NCBI GenBank assembly: GCA_028712155.1
Contig: JAQTQO010000003.1
Coordinates: 2,309 to 66,308 of the forward strand
Direction: 5' to 3'
DNA length: 64,000 bases
From: Patescibacteria group bacterium
GTDB lineage: Bacteria; Patescibacteriota; Patescibacteriia; Buchananbacterales; GWA2-38-13
The position numbers were made by a program, and so were the translations under genes. Positions 8,764 to 15,811 of the stretch are shown piece by piece. The number at the start of each line of letters is the position of its first letter. Position 1 is the first letter of the stretch. The notes under the pieces are model-generated. The model ran no database searches. It was not told the DNA's origin and saw only the letters and a list, made by a program, of their open reading frames with translations.

Positions 8764-10041
8764 TCAACGGAACCTAAAGAGGAAGGGGAATATGAACGTG
8801 ATAAAGGCGGTCCACACCGCATATACCGGTAGATAACCGCTGATCCAGCGGTAGGTGGCGGTGAGTTCCGCATTCCGCCGCCAGTCCTTTAAAAAGCAGC
8901 GCAGCAGGCCGGCGGCGTTTCCGAAGATCAGCAGGTTGGCGCCGAGCACCGCGATGCGGTTGGGCGTAAAACCGTAACTGCCCAGGCGGAAGAGAATGGC
9001 ACTTAATCCTACGACATCCACCGCCAATCCCACCACCAGCAAGCCGAGCGTGACGAGGTCGTGGATGGTTCGGCGTTGCCGTTCGGTGAGCGCAAGAATA
9101 CTGATGGTGAGAACCGCCAGCATCATGACATTGAAGATGATCAAAAATTCACGGTCGGTATACGGGCTTTTCCCGTTCACGCCCATTATCACCAAGTACG
9201 CGACCAGTGTTACCAGTACGAGCGGGGAAAAAATTTTTGCGATGACGGGTAGGATTCTGGCGGCGGAGCGTGAGCGAACCCATGCGAGGTGGGCGCCGAC
9301 GATAGGCACCGCCGCGGCACCGTAGATCACCACCCAGTGTTCATACCAGGTAGCAATGTCAATTTGAATCGCAGAAAATAATCCGATCGTGAGTACGGTG
9401 AGCATGACCCCGGCGCTCATGAGGACTCCTGCATAGATGGCGTATTCCCCGTTGAATTTCAGGTACTCGACGCGTGCCGCGGCACCTGCGGACCAACGGC
9501 CAGTGAACGCCAAACCGGCGACGGTCCACAGCAAGAGCGGGAGGTGGAGGTATGTGAGCATGAGGGTATCCGACCTCGGTACGTCCGGCAGCAGGTTGAC
9601 ATAGACAGCTGAGACAACGAAAACGCCACCGGCAATCGCGAGGGTGCGGCGATCAACGGGGCGGGTCATGGCGAAGTAGACGGCCAGAGCGGGAAAAATA
9701 ATCAGACCGGCGTTGCGCAGGTAAAAATTTTCCGGTTGCGCGAGCTGGAGGAAATCAGGCAGTTTGGCGATCGTCCCGGCAAAAATCGCCAGCAGCAAAA
9801 CCAGCCATCCGAGGGCCCAACCGTACGGCCCGGACACGGCTGATGTTTGAAGACCAGCCGGACGATCATACGCGAGCCGGATTTCCCAGTACTTCACGAG
9901 CGGTGAACCGGGTTGCGTTTTCACCAGGGTTGCGTAGGCTGCGGTAAACTCCTTGGGGTTTTGGCGGAAAAGCGTTTCGAGTTTCGCCGCCTCTTCCCAC
10001 TTGTTCGCTTCCGGTGTTTCCTGCGGTTGGTTGGTTGGCAT
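8764..10041 (-). CDS. polytopic integral membrane protein (DUF4153-like), function unknown
   Basis: At least 10 predicted TM helices; co-directional with, and 29 nt from, the maturation protease gene. Confidence 0.6.
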   Translation of the reverse strand: MPTNQPQETPEANKWEEAAKLETLFRQNPKEFTAAYATLVKTQPGSPLVKYWEIRLAYDRPAGLQTSAVSGPYGWALGWLVLLLAIFAGTIAKLPDFLQLAQPENFYLRNAGLIIFPALAVYFAMTRPVDRRTLAIAGGVFVVSAVYVNLLPDVPRSDTLMLTYLHLPLLLWTVAGLAFTGRWSAGAAARVEYLKFNGEYAIYAGVLMSAGVMLTVLTIGLFSAIQIDIATWYEHWVVIYGAAAVPIVGAHLAWVRSRSAARILPVIAKIFSPLVLVTLVAYLVIMGVNGKSPYTDREFLIIFNVMMLAVLTISILALTERQRRTIHDLVTLGLLVVGLAVDVVGLSAILFRLGSYGFTPNRIAVLGANLLIFGNAAGLLRCFLKDWRRNAELTATYRWISGYLPVYAVWTAFITFIFPFLFRFR

Positions 10042-10064
10042 ACGAGAACTTCGGGGGAAATAAA

Positions 10065-10796
10065 TTAGAGCGTGAGATTAGCCAGTTGCAGGTGCCGTAT
10101 GGTGTACTTGCGAAGCGCGGCGGCCTGGGCAGGGGTGATTACCTCGCACGGAACATTCCAATGCAGCGTGATGATATTGCCAGGTTCGAGCTGTTCGAGG
10201 TCGGGGGGCGCATCCAGCGCGCGGATAACCGTTTTTTTCTCCGGCGCAGAGAGCGACAGTTTCCCGTTCTCGTAGCGTAACGGTTCGGACATCAGGGTGA
10301 TGTTTGGCCCCGCGACATGCGCGACGGTGCCCCAGCTGATGCGGCAGTTGTCCATGCTCTCGATAGTGTGCTCGCGCTCAACGTGTCCGGTGCGCAGCCA
10401 CACGTCGAGCACATGGAACGAGTGATGGGGGAGCGCGCCGAGGCGGATTTTATCCCCCAGACGGTCGAATTCTTTCCCCTTCATCCGGTCTTTGAGCCGG
10501 ACGCCGTCGCGGAGATGTTCAAAAAAAGACTGCCGCGAAACGTTTTCGAGCAGATCGTTGCCGATCCAGTACGCTTCCACCACGCGTTCGTCGAACGGAT
10601 CCGGTATCCGGTTGGATTGGGCGATCCGCTGCAGGTAGGGGTAGAGAGTGGAAAATTGTTCCAGCATTCCGCGCAAGCCCGGATCACTCGCGTCTGCGCG
10701 CAAATACTGCAGCATCTCCCGATTGCGGTCCGGTCCGCAGTAGTGCAATCGGTTGGGGCCAAACGAGTAGCGGCTGCAGCGCAAAACGCCGTCCAT
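10065..10796 (-). CDS. hypothetical protein
   Basis: 243-aa ORF with SD 'AAAGG' before its ATG; tightly packed between the DMT transporter and the membrane protein in a minus-strand operon. Confidence 0.55.
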   Translation of the reverse strand: MDGVLRCSRYSFGPNRLHYCGPDRNREMLQYLRADASDPGLRGMLEQFSTLYPYLQRIAQSNRIPDPFDERVVEAYWIGNDLLENVSRQSFFEHLRDGVRLKDRMKGKEFDRLGDKIRLGALPHHSFHVLDVWLRTGHVEREHTIESMDNCRISWGTVAHVAGPNITLMSEPLRYENGKLSLSAPEKKTVIRALDAPPDLEQLEPGNIITLHWNVPCEVITPAQAAALRKYTIRHLQLANLTL

Positions 10797-10802
10797 ACCT
10801 TT

Positions 10803-11774
10803 TCAAACCGCGTGTGTCATTCGGTCCGATTGGATTTTAATTTGCGGGTGGCGGGCAAACCGGACTATCAGCAGCGCACCGACGGTAAACAGAAGCGCGC
10901 TTTGCACTTCGCGCACGCTGATGGCATGGGTGATGAAAATTGCCGACCAGACGTTGGTGACCAGCGTCGCCGGCACCAGGAGCGTCGCGACGTACGTGGC
11001 CGGCGCATATTTGAGCGCGGTGTACCAGGTCAGCACATAGCTGGCCAGAAGCCCGCCGGCCAAAAGCACCCAGCCCCATTGCACCGCGGTCAATTGCAGC
11101 ATCGCGGACGCCTCTCCTTGCCAGCATACGACGGTAAACAGGAGAACGGAGCCGATTACCATGCGGGCGGTCGCAACGGTGAGCGCGGACACGTCGCGGA
11201 GGGCAATCTTGGCGATGATATTTTCCACCGCCCACAACATCGTCGCGAGCATGATCATCAATTCGCCCGCGTTATAACGGAATCCGGAAAAACCGCCTAC
11301 CAGCAGGTTGGCCGCAAAAATTGCGGCAATGCCAAACCATTGGAATCGGGTCGTCTTTTCGCGCAGAAGCGGGATTGCCAGCAGCAGCACCCATAGCACG
11401 AGCGTCTTGTGGATGAGGGCGGCGTTGAGGGCCGAGGTCTGCGTCAGACCGGTGAAGTAGAGCGCGAACGGCAAGCCGCCGCCGACCACCCCCACCGTGA
11501 GCAGCACAACCATCTGGCGTATATTCAGGCGGATAATCTCCCGCCATTGTTTGGCGGCAAAAATGAGGCCGACCAGGAAAATCGCAACCGTAGCATTTTT
11601 GAGCGTCGTGAAGAGCACCGGGCCCTGGACAGCGGTGACGGCAAATTTATTGAAAAAGTTTGCCGTTCCGGAAATGATCGCTGTCCCCAGCGCCAGGATT
11701 GTGGCGTATCTCCAACGGTTCTGTACCATAGCGGTTGCTTGAAAAAAATTCGCGTCCGGGTGGAATGCTTGCAT
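10803..11774 (-). CDS. DMT-family transporter (EamA-like, 10 TM)
   Basis: Two EamA-type 5-TM repeats; start ambiguous (TTG 11801, ATG 11774 or 11729). Confidence 0.75.
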   Translation of the reverse strand: MQAFHPDANFFQATAMVQNRWRYATILALGTAIISGTANFFNKFAVTAVQGPVLFTTLKNATVAIFLVGLIFAAKQWREIIRLNIRQMVVLLTVGVVGGGLPFALYFTGLTQTSALNAALIHKTLVLWVLLLAIPLLREKTTRFQWFGIAAIFAANLLVGGFSGFRYNAGELMIMLATMLWAVENIIAKIALRDVSALTVATARMVIGSVLLFTVVCWQGEASAMLQLTAVQWGWVLLAGGLLASYVLTWYTALKYAPATYVATLLVPATLVTNVWSAIFITHAISVREVQSALLFTVGALLIVRFARHPQIKIQSDRMTHAV

Positions 11775-11902
11775 TATAAGGTCAGTTTGGCCAATACACA
11801 AGTCGGACGGGATTGCCGCTGGGAGTCACCCATCTTCAAGAGTGTCGTGAGGTAATCCGCTCGCCGGATTATTTCGTGGTAGACCGGGATACAATTTTAC
11901 CG

Positions 11903-11931
11903 TTGACAAACCGCGTGGTTTCAAGTACATT
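11903..11931 (+). promoter_or_regulatory. sigma70-like promoter TTGACAAACC-N13-TACATT
   Basis: -35 at 11903-11908, 17-nt spacer, -10 'tacatt' at 11926-11931; nearly identical to the promoter at 13130. Confidence 0.5.
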
Positions 11932-12008
11932 ACGTTATTGTTTTCGCGGTTTACGGTGAAATCCATTCGAGGCGGTTGTTCCTTGTTTGGCCAGAAAGGA
12001 TGGTACTG

Positions 12009-12290
12009 ATGGTCGGTGAGTTGGGATCCGGTGGCGTTGAACCCCGTTGCCCGTATCACGAATGGGGGAAACCCGGCGGGAGTATGTTCGACAACCCGTT
12101 GTGGTTTATCGAACGGCTCATGGGGTTCGCCGTTGTCGCTTTGTGCGTCATCTGTGTCGTGTGCGCGCTCATTCCGCCCGTTACGTTTCTCTTGGTGTGG
12201 CTGCTCATCGGCTTCAAGAGCGCGGCAATTGCCGGTGCGCTGGCGGCGATCACGGTGATCGTTGCCTTTAAACGGTTTATCCGTTCATAA
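12009..12290 (+). CDS. small Cys-containing two-TM membrane protein (paralog A)
   Basis: SD 'AAAGGATGG' then ATG 12009; 'RCPYHEWG...DNPLWFIERLMGF' followed by two hydrophobic helices. Confidence 0.55.
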   Translation: MVGELGSGGVEPRCPYHEWGKPGGSMFDNPLWFIERLMGFAVVALCVICVVCALIPPVTFLLVWLLIGFKSAAIAGALAAITVIVAFKRFIRS

Positions 12291-12313
12291 CGGTGTTCCT
12301 TGCGAAGCGTCGA

Positions 12314-12342
12314 ATGCCTGGCAGTTGCCGGGCATTTTTTTG
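12314..12342 (+). terminator. intrinsic terminator
   Basis: Stem 'atgcctggc'/'gccgggcat' (one GU wobble), loop 'agtt', then T7. Confidence 0.75.
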
Positions 12343-12359
12343 CGTTATTTCGCCTCCTC

Positions 12360-12415
12360 TTGACAACGCCAGTGATTTGCGGTAGACTGCCGGTGTGGCA
12401 TAGATAATCATCTAT
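12360..12415 (+). promoter_or_regulatory. arsR promoter (TTGACA-N17-TAGACT) with candidate ArsR/SmtB operator palindrome
   Basis: -35 at 12360-12365, -10 at 12383-12388, inverted repeat 'atagat-aatc-atctat' at 12400-12415 between the -10 and the arsR ATG. Confidence 0.55.
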
Positions 12416-12434
12416 ATATAATAACAAATCATTT

Positions 12435-12692
12435 ATGAAGCAGAAATGCCTGGGGTGCCTGCAAGCGGTGGCGGTCGAGACGCGTTTTAATATTTTCCAG
12501 TACTTGCGGAAATTACGGGGCAAGGCAACGGTGTCAAAACTGGTGGAGCTGACCGGGCTGCGCCAGCCGACGGTAACGTTTCATGTGAATGCGCTGGCGG
12601 AGGCCGGATTGGTCAAGAAAACGCGCGTCGGGAAGAATGTGTTCTGTCGGCTGCAGGAGCAATGTGCGGATTGTCCGCTGTTTGTTTCCTGA
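12435..12692 (+). CDS. ArsR/SmtB-family metalloregulatory transcriptional repressor
   Basis: Winged-HTH 'TVSKLVELTGLRQPTVTFHVNALAEAGLV'; Cys pairs at both ends (CLGC, CADCP). Confidence 0.8.
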   Translation: MKQKCLGCLQAVAVETRFNIFQYLRKLRGKATVSKLVELTGLRQPTVTFHVNALAEAGLVKKTRVGKNVFCRLQEQCADCPLFVS

Positions 12693-12736
12693 AGGGTTTT
12701 GAGGCATCTCGGAGCGCGAGTGAGGGGGTGAGAACT

Positions 12737-12901
12737 ATGGACAAAACGATGAACAAAATAGAGTGCGATCCGTCTTGCGGATTTATGGTGCAGAGCCACG
12801 ATGAAAAGGAAGTAACGGGGATGGCGATGTCGCATGCGAAGAACATGCACAAGATGGACGTATCGGAGCACGATATGCGCAAGCGCATGATGTCGGTATG
12901 A
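12737..12901 (+). CDS. DUF1059 small metal-binding protein
   Basis: 'KIECDPSCGFMVQSHDEKE...HAKNMHKMD' matches the DUF1059 Cys/His pattern; SD 'GAGGGGG' before the ATG; 44 nt after arsR. Confidence 0.6.
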   Translation: MDKTMNKIECDPSCGFMVQSHDEKEVTGMAMSHAKNMHKMDVSEHDMRKRMMSV

Positions 12902-13129
12902 TCGGAAGTTTTTCACACGCACCACTGGCGCCAGCGAGTGCATCGTTCTTTCAAGTGCGTTCCATGGAGACTCGGTTGCCGATCCCAATGGGCGCATGTA
13001 AGCAACAATCCACGGATACACAGCCCCGCGATCGAGATACGGCCGTTTGATGCCAGTCGCGGGGTGGCGGCCGTGGAATCTGTAACGCCCAAACGTTGTT
13101 TTTTATTTTGTCTCAAGTATCTCATCAAA

Positions 13130-13158
13130 TTGACAAACCAGTCCGTTTGTCTTACATT
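13130..13158 (+). promoter_or_regulatory. sigma70-like promoter TTGACAAACC-N13-TACATT
   Basis: -35 at 13130-13135, -10 'tacatt' at 13153-13158. Confidence 0.5.
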
Positions 13159-13201
13159 GACGGGCTTCGCACCTTCGAACTTTTCGGGAAAGGATGTGGT
13201 T

Positions 13202-13447
13202 ATGGTCCATAGCGAAGGAGACGGTTGCGCGCGCCAATGCAGCGAGCCTGACTGCGACAGTCTGGCCGACAACCCCTCGGGGTTTTTGGCGTTCTTGTAT
13301 CTCCTCATCCTCGTCATCCCGGCGGTCATTATCGTCGCACTCGTCACCGGCGGTGTCTGGCTGTTCTGGGGGTCCACCCCCGCCCTGATCGCCGGCGGCG
13401 TCACGCTCGTCGTTGCCGCCGGAGTCGTGTGGTGGTTTGCGCACTGA
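13202..13447 (+). CDS. small Cys-containing two-TM membrane protein (paralog B)
   Basis: SD 'GAAAGGATG' then ATG 13202; 'GCARQCSEPDCD...DNPSGFLAFLYLL' followed by two TM helices. Confidence 0.55.
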   Translation: MVHSEGDGCARQCSEPDCDSLADNPSGFLAFLYLLILVIPAVIIVALVTGGVWLFWGSTPALIAGGVTLVVAAGVVWWFAH

Positions 13448-13471
13448 TCGGTCGCGCTCATTGCAGAATAA

Positions 13472-13503
13472 TTGCCTGACGTATCCGCCGGGCAATTTTT
13501 TTG
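13472..13503 (+). terminator. candidate intrinsic terminator
   Basis: Weak stem 'ttgcct'/'gggcaa' followed by T7. Confidence 0.4.
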
Positions 13504-13543
13504 TGGTTGTTTTTTGGTTTCCGCGTTGGCGCCGTGGTATTGG

Positions 13544-13552
13544 TGCTATAAT
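13544..13552 (+). promoter_or_regulatory. extended -10 promoter element (TGcTATAAT) upstream of queH
   Basis: TG at 13544-45 and TATAAT at 13547-52, 25 nt before the queH ATG. Confidence 0.5.
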
Positions 13553-13576
13553 GAAAATGAAATATTTTATTGACAT

Positions 13577-14152
13577 ATGGAACCACGCGGTATCCTGATC
13601 CACGTCTGTTGCGGCGTGTGCGGTGCGTATGTGGCGGAGAAATTGCAATCCCAGTATGACCGGCTGGTTTTGTTTTTCTTTAACCCCAACATTTATCCGC
13701 CGGAAGAATACCTTCGGCGGTTAGCCGTCGCCCGGCAACTGGCCGGGATATACCAGCTGCCGTTGATGGAAGGCGAGTATCGGCCAAAGGAGTGGGAGAC
13801 GGCGGTGCGCGGACATGAAGCGGAACGGGAAGGCGGTGCACGGTGCGCGATTTGTTTTCGGCTGCGGCTTGAACAGGCGGCCGCCGCCGCCAAAACGCAC
13901 GGCTGTGAAATCTTTACGACCACCCTGACCATGGGCCGGCAGAAGCGTGCGGAGGTGGTCAACCGGATCGGCCGGGACGTTGCCCGGCTGCAGGGGGTGA
14001 AATTTCTGGAGGAGAATTTTAAAAAACAAGACGGGATCGAAAAAACGTTGGCGATCGCCCAGCGACACAATTTTTACCGGCAGCGTTACTGCGGCTGCCG
14101 GTATTCGCTGGCGGCGGCAAATTCGGTTGCATCGCGTCAACGGCCGCAGTAA
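13577..14152 (+). CDS. queH: epoxyqueuosine reductase QueH (DUF208)
   Basis: 'LIHVCCGVCGAY', 'CAICFRLRLEQ', 'RYCGCRYS' cysteine motifs typical of QueH. Confidence 0.85.
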   Translation: MEPRGILIHVCCGVCGAYVAEKLQSQYDRLVLFFFNPNIYPPEEYLRRLAVARQLAGIYQLPLMEGEYRPKEWETAVRGHEAEREGGARCAICFRLRLEQAAAAAKTHGCEIFTTTLTMGRQKRAEVVNRIGRDVARLQGVKFLEENFKKQDGIEKTLAIAQRHNFYRQRYCGCRYSLAAANSVASRQRPQ

Positions 14153-14212
14153 ACTGAATTTGTCCCGCGTAATTTTTCGGGTAGCGGATCATTTTGGATT
14201 GGCACTGCCGTT

Positions 14213-15748
14213 ATGCGGAGAAAACATATCTTGACGTTTGGATTGATCATCCTTGCAGTTTTCGGAATATCGGTAACCGGAAAAATCATGCTGCGTAAAC
14301 GCGCCGTACCGTCCGATATAAATGCGTCGTCGCCGGAAACGGCGGGGCGGGTCCGCTTGGCGGCGGTCGCGGGAAGTTTCTACCCCGGCGAACCAAAGGA
14401 TCTGTCCGCCACGGTGGACCGGTATCTGGCAAACGCCACACTGCCGCAAGCCAGGGGGCAGATTTTAGCGCTCGTCGTTCCTCATGCCGGCTACCAGTAT
14501 TCCGGCCAAGTGGCGGCCTATGGCTATAAACTGCTCGTCGGTCAGCACATCGATACGGTGGTGCTCGTCGGGAGCAGCCACACCGCCAGGTTTCCGGGCG
14601 CGTCCATTTACGCCGAGGGCAGCTGGCGCACGCCGCTGGGCGATGTGGCGGTCGATCGCGACGTTGCTTTGGCGATCATTTCCGCCGCACCGCGGGTGCG
14701 GTTCATTGAATCCGTGCACGTCGAGGAGCATTCGCTCGAAGTGCAACTGCCGTTTTTGCAGAAAACGTTGAAGAATTTCAACATTGTTCCGATCATGCTG
14801 GGCAACGATGGTGAAACCGATTACCAGATGTTGGCGCAGGCGATCATCACGGCGGTCAAGGGCAAAAACGTGCTTGTGGTGGCGAGTTCCGACCTGTCTC
14901 ATTACCCCGGTTACCGCGACGCCAAAACCGTTGACGCAAAAACAATTCAGGGAATTCTGGGCGGCGATTGTCAGAAATTGGAAAAAGTTATCGCGGATTT
15001 GGAGACGCAAGAAATTCCCGCGGCTGCCACGTTTGCCTGCGGCGAGGATGCCATCAAGACCGTGATGTTGGTGGCCCAAGCCGCCGGTGCGGATGAAATC
15101 AAGTTGCTGAACGCCGCCAACTCCGGCGACGTGTCCGGCGACCGCAGCCGCGTGGTCGGTTACGCCGCGATCGGTTTTTTCGGCCCGCGCCGCGGCAATG
15201 CATTGAGCACGGCGGAGCAGCAGCGGCTGCTTGGAATCGCCAAGACTTCAGTGGAAACGTACGTGCGTACCGGCAAGACGACAAAGTTGAACGTGACTGA
15301 GCCGGCGCTGCAAGCGCACGTCGGCGCGTTCGTCACGCTGAAGGAGAACGGCCGGTTGCGCGGATGCATCGGACGTTTTTCTCCCACTGACGCCCCGCTC
15401 TGGCAGGTAGTGTCGCAGATGGCGATGGCGGCGGCCACGGAGGACCAGCGGTTTCTGCCGGTGGAACCGGCCGAACTCGGAGCCCTCCGTTACGAGATTT
15501 CCGTGTTGGGCGACAACGAAAAGATCAGTGATGCCAGCCGGATTCAGCTCGGCAAGCACGGCGTCATGGTGCGCGCCGGTGCACGCTCCGGCGTTTTTTT
15601 GCCGCAGGTCGCCACCGATACGCAGTGGGATTTGGATCGCTTCCTGGGCGAACTCTGCGCGCAGAAAGCCGGGCTCGCTTATGATTGCTGGAAGGACTCG
15701 CGCACGGAACTGTTCGTGTTTACCGCCCAGGTGTTCGGTGATGAGTAA
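14213..15748 (+). CDS. fused MEMO1-like (AmmeMemoRadiSam protein B) and AMMECR1 domain protein with N-terminal membrane anchor
   Basis: N-terminal TM 'ILTFGLIILAVFGISV'; MEMO1 motifs 'AGSFYPGEP', 'VVPHAGYQYSG'; C-terminal AMMECR1 'GAFVTLKENGRLRGCIGRFSP'. Confidence 0.8.
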   Translation: MRRKHILTFGLIILAVFGISVTGKIMLRKRAVPSDINASSPETAGRVRLAAVAGSFYPGEPKDLSATVDRYLANATLPQARGQILALVVPHAGYQYSGQVAAYGYKLLVGQHIDTVVLVGSSHTARFPGASIYAEGSWRTPLGDVAVDRDVALAIISAAPRVRFIESVHVEEHSLEVQLPFLQKTLKNFNIVPIMLGNDGETDYQMLAQAIITAVKGKNVLVVASSDLSHYPGYRDAKTVDAKTIQGILGGDCQKLEKVIADLETQEIPAAATFACGEDAIKTVMLVAQAAGADEIKLLNAANSGDVSGDRSRVVGYAAIGFFGPRRGNALSTAEQQRLLGIAKTSVETYVRTGKTTKLNVTEPALQAHVGAFVTLKENGRLRGCIGRFSPTDAPLWQVVSQMAMAAATEDQRFLPVEPAELGALRYEISVLGDNEKISDASRIQLGKHGVMVRAGARSGVFLPQVATDTQWDLDRFLGELCAQKAGLAYDCWKDSRTELFVFTAQVFGDE

Positions 15749-15811
15749 CCAAAACTTTTCCACGTACCGCGGCTTTTCCTGCCGAGTTTTTTTTGGTATG
15801 TTTAGCCTTAT

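Noticed and set aside
12913-13461. 182-aa minus-strand ORF
   Set aside because: Antisense to the DUF1059 and small membrane protein genes and their promoter region; no supporting signals.
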